From Yuukianura sp. NJ FZ-2021 (Eukaryota), in assembly GCA_046563655.1 (NCBI GenBank), contig CM102283.1, forward strand, positions 9,858,001-9,922,000: DNA of 64,000 nt, read 5' to 3'. Below, in pieces: positions 1 to 13,000 of the stretch. The notes under the pieces are model-generated. The model searched no databases. It saw only the letters and a program-made list of their open reading frames with translations, and had not been told where the DNA came from. A program made the position numbers and the translations under genes. Position 1 is the stretch's first letter; the number at the start of each line of letters is the position of its first letter.

Positions 1-1849
1 TCTTCAGTGACCTTGTTTTGATGTTGTTCATGAATGTGCTCTTTGTTGACATGGATATGCTCTTTTTGGTTGTGGTAGTTGTGAATGTGGTAGCGATGCA
101 AATGGTAGTTGTGCACAATGTAGCGATGGAGATTGTGCTCATGCAGCACTTTCTGGTGGTGGTTGTAGCGGTGCAGCACTTTTTGATGCACGTTGTGAAC
201 ATTGTTTTTGAGGGTGGTCGAAGGTGGTGGAGCACCATAAGATGGTGGAGGTGAACCATAATTTGGTGGGGGTGCACCATATCCTGATGGCGGGGGAGGA
301 GGAGGACCTGATTGGTGCCCAATTTGTGGTGCTATGTAACTTGGCGGGCCGTAATTTTGTGCAGCCTGTTTTGGCGGGCCGTAACTGTTGAGAGAAATTG
401 GGCCGCTTGGACCGAATGTTGAAGTGGGAGGGGGTGCACCATAATTTGGTCCTGCAGACGGTGCACCATAATTTGATGAAACTGGTGCACCATAATTTGG
501 TGGTGGAGGACCATAGTTTGCTGAAATTCCGGGAGCACCATAACTGGAAGAACCTGCAGCGTCGAAAGCAGCCTCTCGTGGTGGATTTTCAAATGGTTTT
601 CGAACAGCATTGTACTGTCCTTCTTTTTCTTGAACTGCGTTGAATTCTGATTTTTGTGGAACAACGTACTCAATTGACTTGACTGGAATGTTGTAGAAGT
701 TCCCTTCAGGAAGTTTTTGTGTCGTCACTTGTTCCTGTTTTGGTGGTTCTGGTGCTGGTTGTTCGTAGGCGACTGGGTCAAGGTTGATGACTGGCGGAGC
801 GTAGTTGTTGACCGGATAGCCATAGAGTGCTGGAGCTGGGAAGTAAAGCGGCTGCGCTGGCAACGTGACTGGCAACGCATTTTGCGGAAGTGGTTGCCAC
901 CGAGTGGAGTAAGACAAGCTGGATGCTTGTGGTTTCGGTTCATTCACTTCGTTACTCGACACAGCTTCTGTACTGGACGGCGGAAGAGACTGTGCAACTG
1001 TTGTGCTTGACGGTGGTGCTTGAGTAGTACTTTTCTTTAAAAAAAAAAAGAATAAAAAAAGATGAAAATAAATGAAAAACTTTAAAAATTTTATGAAATT
1101 CTTTGGAACTGACAACTTGGACGACTGGAAAATAAGAATCATTGGGCAGCATCTGCATGATGATTGGTTCCAAAGCTTTTCCCGCCCGAGCTTCGAATGC
1201 AATTGACCTTTGGATGGTCATGGACGTAGGAATGGACGGGAAGGACGGAGGGATGGACGGCGTCAAAGTTGTGGACGTCGTCCCTGTGGACGTTGATGTT
1301 GGTGACGAAAGAGAAGTTGAGAAGAGGGTGACAGTTACCTACAGATTAAGCAAAGGTCAAAGGTCATTGTCTAAATATTTCCACCTTTTTGTTTTTAACA
1401 AGTGAGACTAATACTGTGAAATTGGGGATAATTACTGCGATTGTTGCGCAACGAGATCAGCAGAGTGTAAAGCACCTTCTGCCATTTCTAAAATCTTTTG
1501 TCAAAATGTGAAAACGTTCTTCAATTTTTCATCTTGGGGAAGATTGTAAACAAAAATGTTAAAAGTTGGCATTTGGGAACAACAAAATGAAAACAAAAGT
1601 TATGAAGCATGTTAAGGGATCAAAACTTGTTAAAATTTGTGTCACGTTTTAACTGATGGTGATGACGATTAGACAGCCACTGGTTTTCACTCTCAGTTTT
1701 TATACTTTCCAAATGAAAATGAGAGTCAACAGTTCAACTTTGCAACAAATTTTACAAAATCTACAAAAAAAAAAGTAACTCAAAATTTAGAAATTTTTTC
1801 TACTTACGATTATAGCTAGTCCGAACCCTCCAGGCTTCCTGTTAGCCAT
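1..1849 (-). CDS. Secreted Pro/Gly/Tyr-rich (YGAP/YGPP-repeat, pro-resilin/extensin-like) protein with a His-rich C-terminal domain; putative cuticular protein; 3' end lies outside the window
   Basis: Exons complement(1808..1849, 1114..1338, <1..1034) with GT..AG boundaries and phase 0/0. Translation: MANRKPGGFGLAII|VTVTLFSTSLS (signal-peptide-like), a Ser/Thr/Pro-rich region, many NYGAP/YGPP motifs, then HNVHQKVLHRYNHHQKVLHEHNLHRYIVHNYHLHRYHIHNYHNQKEHIHVNKEHIHEQHQNKVTE, open to the window edge. Confidence 0.8.
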
Positions 1850-4625
1850 GTTGAATTTTAACTACTTTTCACTCTACTTTTTGTTTTTGACTTTGAAACT
1901 ACGCAAAAATATTTTTGTTTTGCGAACTTTTGCAAGTCAGAAATATTTTGGGCGTGCTAAAAAGAGAGATCAGAGTGGCTGGACGCCTTGGTTCGTACTG
2001 ATAGTCAACGAAGGAAGAAATTGCCAAGCCTTTAGCATTTGTTGCAACAAACGAACTGGTTCAAGTATGCCTCCCTTTGTTGTTTTTTGGCAAAGGCCCA
2101 CATACCACAAAAAAATTAAAAGTTATTCGCATTAAACTCTGAACGTTCCCCTCCATGTGCTCAACACTTTGCTCATTTTAATTTACACTTCGCTTTTGAC
2201 TTTTACGTTTCCACTTACAAATTAAAATGAACCATAAACTTAAAGTGGTTGGCGGTTAAATTTACCAAAACGTTTTTAAAAAAAAACAAGCTTTTGGGAA
2301 ATTTATTACATGACCAAAATGCATAGATGCACAAAAAATTCAGCCAAGGTGCATTTCGATGTTATTTAAAAATTAGCACTATGCCAATTTTTCAAAAGAT
2401 TAAAGTTGGGCTAGGTTAATGATGAATTTTTGGAAATGAGGTCGGTTGTTTGTGACATGCATGTCAATTTTTAAGTTGACCCAATGAACCCGCCTTTTTC
2501 TTCTTTTTGTATTGAATTGGTGGATTATGCAATGGAAACTGGTTGGTGTGGATCCTAATCTCTCAGATTTCAATCTTATTCTTTAAGTGGGAAATTAAGG
2601 ATCACTTAACTGCGTCTGCGCTCTCTTTTCGATCTCTGTGATACGGAAGTCTCTCTTAAATCATCATCGCCACAATCTGACCATAACACTCTGAGTCTGC
2701 GCAGATTGCAGGAGGTGTAAACACTTTTTTGTGCTTCCGCTTGGCTAGAGGCACCTCAACCAGTCCATGGCAAGCCGAAGGGCCCACTGGGACTTAACAT
2801 TTCTAGGAAACTTGACGAAGCAGTTTCAATTTTAAATTCAACAGTCTCAATTTTAATTTCGAATGCGCAGACGCAGTCAATCAATCATCATACTGCTCAT
2901 TAAAATTTATGCTTCTATTATGACATCGACTGGAGGCGTGGTTGTGTGGATTTGGAAATTGCAAAAAACTCATCCAATGGTGAGATGAAAATGAGTTATG
3001 ACATGACGACAACAAAGAGGTGGACCACAAGTGACATCTTCAGAAATTAACATTGTATTGACAATTAGTAATTAAAAAAATTAACTAAAGTAGTTCCACA
3101 TGACCTAATCCAAATTTTTTCATTTAACACTCTAAGATCGACGAAATGTTGAAAATTCTGTTTAGGCAGGGAAATTGGTGTGGGGCAATTCCGTTTTATG
3201 TGCATTGTGAATTACCATTTTTAGCAATAATTGGTTAATTTGAGTGGAATTAAGAGTAAGTTGAGTGCATCCAGTTGTCGATTGTTGGTCAACTGATTGC
3301 GCATGCACATTGAGAATCATACAAGTTTTGACAAATTACTAAAGTCAATGGTCAGGCATTGGTCAACTTCTGCATCCAACTGACCACCTAATCACTCCCT
3401 TCCGACGTACTTTTATTAAAACGTTAATTTTAACAAGCTCAAGGACCTGCTCACTGGACTTTAAAGAGTTAAGCTATTCTTTGAAATTATTCTATTGTTT
3501 TACAAGGAGTCAAGGTTGACCTTTGACAATTCCATTTCAAAACATGATATATGAGACGATTAAAACAAATTTTGACCTCGTTCAACGAAATCCGGCATTA
3601 TTACTCCCACAACATTTTCATCGAACCGTGATTTCCAAAAACCTCACCCTCTTTACTTTGTAACTTTTTAACTTTCAACAAAAAAAAAAACAAATTAAAA
3701 ATTAGCCCGATTTTACTCAAGAGTGTCAACAACTTACACTGTGCAATTAGAAATTATAACTATCTTCAAAAATGAAGTTTTACTAAATTGTGTTGACTTT
3801 CACACGCATCACGCATAAAATGTAAAAGAGAATGGGCGTGTAAGTATAACATTAAACACACAAATTGTGTTTTTACTGTACACTTTGATTGTTTATGAAT
3901 GGAGGAAGTAAGGTGTATGAAGGTGTAATAAAAACAATGAGACTGAAAACAGGATCTTTACAATTCTACCGCACTGCCAACGCCACAAAAAAAGTTCCAA
4001 TATTGAAATTCACACCAAAGTGTGCATAAAAAGTGATTTTTCGACACTGTCTCGTATTTTTGTATGTCTGTCATGACCCAATAATTTGTTGTGGGTGCAG
4101 AGGGGAGACGTGCGTCGTTGCAACCGGAAGATGCGGAGAAGATGTTAACGTAATCACAGTACAAGCTGAGAATGTGTGAATGATTACATGAGTAGACTAA
4201 TATTTACATACATTGCGACATTACGCAGGGAGGCTCTTTGTCTGCCACTCACAACCAATGGAGTTTCAATTTTGAATTTTGAAGAGACTTGGCGCTCTTT
4301 TAAGAGGGAGGAAGACGTGAGAGGAACTAGTGAGAGCAATTAATTAAGAAAAGGAAGGAAACTCGTTTTTAAATTACGCAGGAGACTCAATCGTGTCAAA
4401 TTGAAAATGGAAACTGCGATTGTTCACGTCAAATAAAACTTAAAGTCCACTGGGATTCATCAAACATTGACTTTCAATCCTTCTCTACATTCACTTCCAA
4501 CATTCCGCTCCCTGGCACATGTTCAAAAGTTATTCTCAGTTTTACTAAATTTTAGTCTTGAGTTCAAGAATTTAAAAAAGTCAAAGTATTTTAAAAAGTC
4601 AGGTTCTAGTTTCCCGAGATCAAAG

Positions 4626-5966
4626 ATGACAAGGCATTGGATCGCAGCATTTGTGGTAAGAATTTAAAAAAAGTTTGAAATTAAAATTTAAAATTAATTA
4701 ATTAATAATTACGGTTGTAATTTTTAAGTTTACTAAACCAGTGAAGTTAATTAAAATCTTAAAGTATGAGGTGACTAGATTTGATTTAATGGAGGTTGAG
4801 TTGTAGCGAAACAAATTAATTTTTGAGCGGCGTTAGAATGGGGAACTTTTTGTCAAAGCGTCAAAAAATTGTCAATTTGACAACTCTCGAGTATTTAAAC
4901 TTTCGTTTTTTCATGCTCACTTTGTGCTTACCTTGCTATCAAATGTGTCAATGTTGGCAAAATAGGCTCTTTGCTCTTAAACGTAAATTTAACGATTTAA
5001 TACTACAGTGGTTTAATTTTTTTGCAAAGCTGTGCAATTTTTGAGGTAGAAAAATTAAAATTTCGCCAAAACAAATAACTGTTTTTTATGCTGAAATGAA
5101 ATCTGAACAAAAAAACTTCAATCATGCGTCACTTTCACTTTGATTTCTAACTTTTTTGTAATCTTGAGAATCTCTGACATGATGAGATACGAAAGTAGTT
5201 TTTCTCTCGAGCAAATTACAGTTGTTGTAACACTTAATTCGTAAGAAATGGAATTTGCCGAGTGAATTCTCACGCGCTTTAAGGTCAACCACAACAGAAA
5301 GTGAAAACTAGCAATTTACAACAGTTATGTGACTGATTGAAAGAGAAGTTTTATTTGCATAACTTTTATTTCAAGGTGGTGATGGTGTGTTTGAACTTGG
5401 TGGCAACAGAGCCACCGCCACACCATGGTGGCTATGGTGGCAACCGTGGAGGTGGATTTTTTTCAAATCTGTTTCTTCCCCGGTTCAACATTCCTGAGGA
5501 GCAAGGTGAAAGTACAGTAGAAGTTTTGCAGCCACTCGTCAGAGAGTACCACCATCACACTTTTGTGGAAAAGCCGTACCGCCAAGTTCAAAATTACGAA
5601 AGTTTTGAAAAACAGCGCCAACAGATCCTGCACAACCACTTCCAGCACCAGAAGATTGTGCATCAAAATCATCAACATCAACATGTTCTACGTGAACATA
5701 CTCAACATAACGTGCATACACATAATTTGCATAATCTGGTGCACCACATACATGAGCATACGAAGGAGCAGGAGCATATCCACAAGCCGTATTACCACCA
5801 GCATGAGCACCACCAGCACAAAGTGACGAATGAGCATGTGACTAAGCACACGGAGGACAAGAGGGTGAAGCATGCGCATGAGCAAGTAGTGACCAATGTC
5901 CATGCCAAACCAGTGCACCAGAAGGAATGGTCAATTGTGGAATGGTTCCGTGCTATGCTAAGCTAA
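4626..5966 (+). CDS. Secreted histidine-rich protein (putative cuticular/metal-binding)
   Basis: Exons 4626..4655 (MTRHWIAAFV|gtaag) and 5376..5966 (tcaag|VVMVCLNLVATEPPP...). The join gives a clean signal peptide followed by EPP, a GGYGG motif and a long His-rich tract (ORF 5337..5966). Confidence 0.85.
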
Positions 5967-6533
5967 GCAAAGGTTCAATCCAGCGCAGAACGTCAACAAC
6001 TAGCCCATTGCGCATCACAAACTACAAACAAACCTTGTAGAAATCTAGTCTTGAATACTTGCCAGCCATTTTAACCGTTTGAATGCCAGTAGTTTATGTG
6101 TAAGAGCTTAACTAACATTTTTGCAAAAACAAAAAGTTTGACGAAAAAGTTTTCTACTGTTTCAAATTTTGAATTCTAAAAATGCTTAAACTAACAATTG
6201 CATTTAGCCATCTTTAGTGCCATTTCAAAAATTCTGAACACTTGGTCTTTTTGCTCAAAAGAAAAAACGGAAAATAAAGTAACATGTTTGAAAGAAAATT
6301 GTGCAGTTGCAAATTTGTATCTTTGGCTGTTTATTCAGAAATTGTAAATGGTCTGTAGAAATTCAAGTTCAAAAAAGTAAGAGACTAGCAGTAATTGATG
6401 TAAATGTCACAAATTAATGACAAGTCGTAATGAAAAAATGCGTTGAGCAGTCTCAGTGTCTTGTGTTATCTCTTCCTGTATAAACAAATGCAAAATATAA
6501 GTTGGTTTAGTGTTTGCTAAAACTTCTTTTTTT

Positions 6534-7001
6534 TTAGCTCTGGTTGTAAACTGACCCTGTTTGGACGTTGAAGGCATTGGCTTCGGCCATTGACATGGAC
6601 GCATCGAAATACGGGACTGGAAACCCATTGACATTTGTGACTCCCGCGTCCATCGCCATGGCCATGGACTCACTCATGGACATTCCGGAACCACCAAATC
6701 CAAGGTTCATGCTGTCAGCCATTGCCATGGATTCACTCATGGACATTCCCATCCCTCCTCCTAAGCCAGCCTCATGTCTCTTCTTTCCTGGAAACACCGA
6801 AAAAGTCACGTCATTTCAAAAACTAGTTCAAAAACTACCAATTTTCACAAATTCAAAAACCCAAACCACGAAATTTTAAAATGATTTACCTCTACGCATC
6901 GGAGTGGATTCCGTTTGCAGTAAGAGTGAACTGAAGATCAAAATAGTCAAAAACACACAAAAAGTTTTGTGAACGGCAGTTTGGAGCTTGAATTCGAACA
7001 T
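6534..7001 (-). CDS. Small secreted Met/Ser/Ala-rich protein (~121 aa)
   Basis: Exons complement(6890..7001, 6534..6787), phase 1 (G|gtaaat ... ttccag|GA). Translation: MFEFKLQTAVHKTFCVFLTILIFSSLLLQTESTPMRRG-KKRHEAGLGGGMGMSMSESMAMADSMNLGFGGSGMSMSESMAMAMDAG...YNQS*. Hydrophobic signal, basic cluster and an internal repeat. Confidence 0.75.
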
Positions 7002-10000
7002 TTTCAGTATAAAAATTATTGTCAACGGAGCAAAGTGAGAAAGATGCGACTAGCTTCAATGTCAAAACGAAACTGAACACCAAAAGTTCCATGACCTTCA
7101 TACTTCAAAGCAACAAAAATTTTCAGGACTTGAGACTTTTTTTGAAGTTGCACAAAATTTAAATACAAATCTTCATCACACAAAAATCTTCGCTGAAAAG
7201 TTTTGCATTTTTTTCATTTTCTTGCAACTTGAAATTCCTTCTATCGCGAATTCTGCTTATTCCATGCGTCTTTGCTGTAAAATGTAAATGATACTCTGCT
7301 CAAAAGTGAAATTGAGAGTCATTGCATGTTTTTTTGGTTGGATTTGGCTCAACTCTTGTTGACAGGAGAGGTTGATCTCCTGAACAGAAATATGGAATTT
7401 GGAAAAGGCGCTTGGTAAGATTTGTAAAAATGGAGGAATGGTTGGAGGAAGTTGTTGGTCCAGAGTGGAACAAAGTCCAAAGGAGCTTCAGAGGAGAGTT
7501 CTATTGATTTTGGAGACCAGAGGGAATGTTGGGTTGGGGAAGATCAACTTTTGGCACAAGAGAAACTCTCTCTGACCACTTTTTCCTTTCACTCACAAAA
7601 GTTTGGGCAGAAAGTAAAAGTTCGAGCAGATCCATTCTTTACACAAATTCCGTCTAATTTGGGAACTAATAAGAGACAGAGCAGAGTCTATCCACTTCTC
7701 CAACATTCAATCGGATGGGCTAATTAAACGGATCGTTCCACTAAAACTTTTCCAGGAACATCTACAAACACCAATTTCAAAAAAAATGTGCCAAACTTTT
7801 CAATTCTGTCATTCAATCCTTCAAATTTCATTGGCCAACAAAGAAAACATGAAAATTATTGTAGATTTTGTCGTTGAGTTTTGTCTTTTTGAAAAAGTCG
7901 CTTTAATCAAGATTTATTTTGTTTCAAAATTCAATTTGAAATCACTTTTTGATTTGAAACTTTTCTCTTTTGAAACATCGAAAAAGCAAAAAAGTAAAAG
8001 TCCTTTCATCTTTTTTCTCAAATAGGAGAAAATCTAATTCAAAAAAGTTTAGTTTCGTTTTCTGATTGTGTTTTATTTGTACTTGTGAGTTTTGTGTGCT
8101 GCGTAAGCATAGCGAAGTGATTAAAATTAGAAGCCATGTGCTTTTCCAAAACTTTGCTTTCTAATCCCACTTGATTCTTATTCTTTAACAGGGATTAAAA
8201 CTTTCTCTCTTTTTGTTTTCAAAAAGGAGAAATCGAATAGAACTCTTTTGAAACTTTTTGTTCCAAAAATAATCAAAAGAATCTCAATTCTTTCCGTTCC
8301 AGTGCACCCTAACATCCCTTCACTTTTTTCTTAAAAAGAGAAATGTTATTTGCTATACATTTTCTGGTACAAGAGTAGCATGGTTTCATGATCTTTCAAA
8401 ATTTAGAAAAAAGTAGTCGCCGGGAAGAGTTGTGCGCCGGTTTTGAGACAACTTTCTCCGACTTTCTCTTTCGTAGAAGTTCGTGTTCGTGTTCGGAGAG
8501 TGTCGAAGTAGATTTGGAGAAAGTGAAAGGGGGTCGGTGGTTGTTGGCTGAGCAGCACTTTGTCAGTTCCTCCGTTCCAATCCCACTCCCAGCACCTTCT
8601 CACTTTTTACGCTCCAAAAACAAACTACAATTTTTTGGTAGCAAACGTGACAATTTCTTGTTCCTTCAATTCAACCCTGTTTTGAACAAAACGAGAAAAG
8701 TGAGAAGTAGATTGTGCAGTTGAATTGGCCCAATTGTGTACTTTGGATCCAAAGTGTTGAAGTTAGCACTAACCAATCAACTGAAGAAACAAGTACGGTT
8801 TTCACTCTAGTTGGAACTCAGAAGTGAAAGTGTTTTGGTTGAAATTATAGTTTTGCCGGGTGAGATGATGTGACTCCGCCCCCATTTTACACATTGATCT
8901 CAGTGCGACTATTCGGTGGGTGGAATATTTTGACTTTCTCTGCTCATTTTTGAAGCTGGAAAGTGAAAGTGAAAGGCGCAACGTTAAAGACAAACCACAA
9001 ACGACGAAATCTACACAGCATTGCAAAGAAAACGAAAGTAAGTCGGAGGATCGATTCCCATAAGGTTTGCTTTTTTTGTGGAGACTTGGATGCGTGTTGT
9101 TAGGAAATTATGGAAAAGCATATCTTAAAAACTGTCAGAACGGGAAAATTTACAAGGAACAACCAATGCTCCTGCGGAAATTTAAACTCAAATACTAAAG
9201 CTATAGTTGAGGGGGCTAAATATTAACACCAGCAACAGAACTGTGTTCAAAAACTTAAAAAAAGTTTAAACCAAAGTAAAAACTGAACTTTTGTTAAACA
9301 AATACTGCAGCAGCCACTTCAAAACTTTGGTTGAATTGCAACGCTGCTTCAAAGTAGGTAAGTCTACATCACCAAGAATTCATTACTTTTAATTCTGCAT
9401 TAGAAAATTCCAAATTAGCACTAAAATTTACTAACCTCAAAAGAATTTGCACCAAATACGCATTATGCAAATGTTACAAAATTGGCCACGCCCTTTTTGG
9501 CCAAAATTATTCTTTACAGAAAGTAGTTTGACAAAACGAGAATTGGTTTTTGATAATCCGAAACGATGTCCTAACTGTGTCCTTTTTGTGTTGAATCTTT
9601 GAATACAAGAACTTTCCCTGCCACTTTGTCAGATCCTTTGAGTGCCAAAATTCACCTTCCCTAATCTCTTTCATCTCTCACTTTTGACTAAAGTGCTACT
9701 TTGTAGCTTCTCCAAAGTTGCGACTTTCCTTCAACATCAACACGTCAAAAGAAGTGTATAGTAAACACATTGACATTGGTGGAATTCCAATTTTGAAAAG
9801 GAGAGACAATGGAAAGTTCATTTGGTTGTGAGAATGAAGCGGCAGATTTGAAGAGATTCGTCCGAGTCCTTTGTCCATTGTGAACAATGGACCGGCAACT
9901 ACAGGAAATGAACCTGAATACCTTGCATAAATTTAATTATCAACACGGAACAAAGTGAAAGTAAAACAAAGAAAAGCCGACTTTCTTTGAACCATTTCAA

Positions 10001-13000
10001 TACTTACTGACTCTGGAATGCTCAAGAACTCAAAACTGGAAAATATTTGGTTGTAAATGTGGAAACCCAAGTTTTTAAAAGTGAAATGTAAACTTAGAAG
10101 TTAAGTTTGTGGAAGTAGGCGTAAGTGATGAATGAAAAGCGGCAGAATTGAGTATCGATCGTCTTTTGTGGGTTTCGGTGGCCGTAGTGGTGGGTGGCAT
10201 GGAAAGGCCCACTTTCGCACAGTGGGGAAACTGCGCCTTCTCTCGCCAGACTAAAACTGGGGTGGTTTAAGTGCCGCTACTCCCTTCGTCCAACTAAAGT
10301 CTCCGCTTTTTCTTGCAAACACTTTGTGGAGCGAAGGAGGTTGGAGTCGCAGCTTGGAGAAAGTCACAGGGAAGCCTGTACAGAGAAGTAATGGGTCCGC
10401 TGTGCTTCATTTCAATCTCCCTTCATAATTCCAAGGTTTGCAGAAGTAGGAACTTTAGGTTAGCTTGTACGGTTAGGTTTATTGGTGAAGTTGGATTATT
10501 GGTTTCCCTTCTAGCCCAGAAACCTTCTGTTATTAATGTTGGGATTTGGAGAAAGGAGAAAGTGACAGAGGAAAATAGAAACAAAAGAGTAAATTGTAGT
10601 GACAGGTTGGCCTCAAATGTGGAACAAATAGGAGGAGGAGGCTGCTGGTCCAGGCCCAGAGCAGGCTCCAAAGTGAGCCACTTTCTCTTGGCATTTCTCC
10701 CAAAAACACGTCTCAGTTTCAACAAAGACCAACTTTCTGCACGGACTTTCTCTTTTCCTGCACAGCGGAGAGAAAGTCCAGATCTTAGAGTTGCCTAAAT
10801 TTAAATTCCCAGAGGTGACCTTCCCCTGACCTCATTAAGTTGCACGTCATCTCTCGCACTACTCCAATCATCCTACAGCACACCCAAGTGCAAACTAAAC
10901 ACAGGCACACAAATGTCAAACAAATTGACACGTTTCACTCCTCTAAATCTCACTTTCATCTTAACATCTTTTAACTTCCGTTTTAATCCAAAGTGAGTTT
11001 TTTTAAATGAAAGTTCAAAGAAATCAGAAATATTCCTCGTGACTTTTGTTGGCCAATTCTAATTAACACAGTTTGTAATTAGGCATTTTGTGCTAATTAG
11101 CATGAACCACGCCCCTTCTCTGCGCCTGCTCAATTGAAAAATGCTGGCGGGTGGATTTGAACCGGCGGCACAACAGTATTTAGCATATGTTTTATGCTAA
11201 TTTTCATCATCACAGTTTGTGCAGTGGCAGCCAATGACAGAGGAGATTGGTAAATGGCGGTGCCATGTAATTAATTCCTCAACTAAATGCCACAAAACCA
11301 ATTGTATTTCCTTCAAACCACCCACAATCACTTTTCCAAAAAGCGCCAAATTCAAATTAAGCCTCCAAATTGGAACGGTAACTACTCTTATCCCTTGTTC
11401 CATCAGTACACTCCGTACTTTCACCCAAACCCACAACCTCACTCTTCAAATCCACCTCTAATCTAACTAACACAGACCTAACTAACCTCTGCTCAACATT
11501 TACTTTTCAAAATGCCGCCACTTTTCAAGGAAAAAGTTGAAGTTTGAGCACATTTCGTTAACTAGGGTTGGAGTGGAGGCATAATCATAAATCCTTGACT
11601 TCCGAGCTTATTTTCCCAGGAAAAGTGAAAATCCTAATGAAATGTGTGCACAAGGGATAAAAACCCTCTTTTCACTCTTCTTCTAAGAAGATTTTGGAGA
11701 GGGGAGCACAAGAACATCTTCTCATTCCAATACCACTTTTTCTCAACATTCTAAAGATGCACAAAAGTGGAAATTCAAAAGAAAAAGCAGCCATTTCCCG
11801 CTTTTCCTCTTCGTACTAACCAACTGCAGCAGTAGTACTTTTCTTAAAAAAAAAATTCAATTCAAAGTCTTACAAAATGAACAGATCAAGTAGCGGCAGA
11901 ACAGATTTTGATTAAATTTGTGACTAAAGTTGATTAATTAATTTGCACTTAACTAAATTCAACCTAAAGTTTCATCATTATCGACATTGTGAGCTCGGAA
12001 TTTTGAATTATTTAGATGACTTACAATTTTGCTGAAATCTTTGAAAATTTGCAACACAAGATGAAACTGAGAAAATTAAATTTGGAATTGAGAATAAGAG
12101 TTTGCGAAGTGTTTTGAAATTGTCGTTTTTCATTAAATTTTTGAGACAGGAGCAGAAGCACTTTGTGAAATGGAATTCCATTGTTTGTTTTTCTTTTCTA
12201 AAATAACAAAAGGAAATTAGGACTTTTGTTTTGAGATTTTTTGTAATTAGAAATTTGTAAACAAAGTGAAAGTTTGAAATTAGAAAGGGCGAAGAGGAAG
12301 GTGAAATGAAAAGGGAGACTCCTGTGAGGTTTTCCTGCTGTGTTCCTATGCTTCCTAATGAAAAGTTAATCAGACCATGCAACTCTCCTCCCTTTCTCAA
12401 AACAGCATGTGTGTTTTAGTTCTAATTAAAATGGGTGTTCTATGAATATCTTCTCAAACTCAAACTGAAAAGTACGGAATTTCATGTTGTGCTTTCTCCG
12501 AAGTGAAAGTGGCCAAAGATAAGCCAACGCTGAGCAGAAGAGGGAAATAAGAAATGATGGCGGGGAATTTAAACTATGCGGAATTTCAAAGGCTCCTTTG
12601 TTTTTGTTTTCTCTTTTCCCTTGTTCTTGGAAATTTATTGTTTCCTTTCTTCCTCTTCCATAACATTTCCCGCTTTCTTCAAACAATCCTTGTCTATTGG
12701 TAAATCTCAAAAAAAGTTTTGGGTAAAAAGCACTTCACATAACTAAAACATAGCAAATGAAAAAGAATAGAAAATTGCTTGATTTAGTTTTTTTAGTTCT
12801 AGGAAATTGAACTTTTTTATTTGAAAATTTTGAAACTGACCTTTGCGTAGGTTTTCAAGAACCTTCATTTTGAGAAAATGAAACAGAAATCTGTCAATCT
12901 TGTCGAGAACGTCAAAGTTATTTTTTTTGTTAAACATTTTTGTAGAGATTGGAGTGTGATTAAATGGAATGCGAAGAGAAAGTTTGCTGACAGGACAGAA

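Noticed and set aside
18-1405. Plus-strand ORFs 18..254, 398..643, 717..1010, 1142..1405
   Set aside because: Antisense shadows of the repetitive minus-strand cuticular gene.
1430-1490. Possible extra exon or ATG (MAEGALHSAD...) in intron 1 of the first gene
   Set aside because: Short frames with stops; exons 1808..1849 and 1114..1338 already join in frame into a good signal peptide.
6892-7101. ORF MKVMELLVFSF... as the signal-peptide exon
   Set aside because: It stops before the donor; the overlapping frame from ATG 7001 splices in phase with exon 2.
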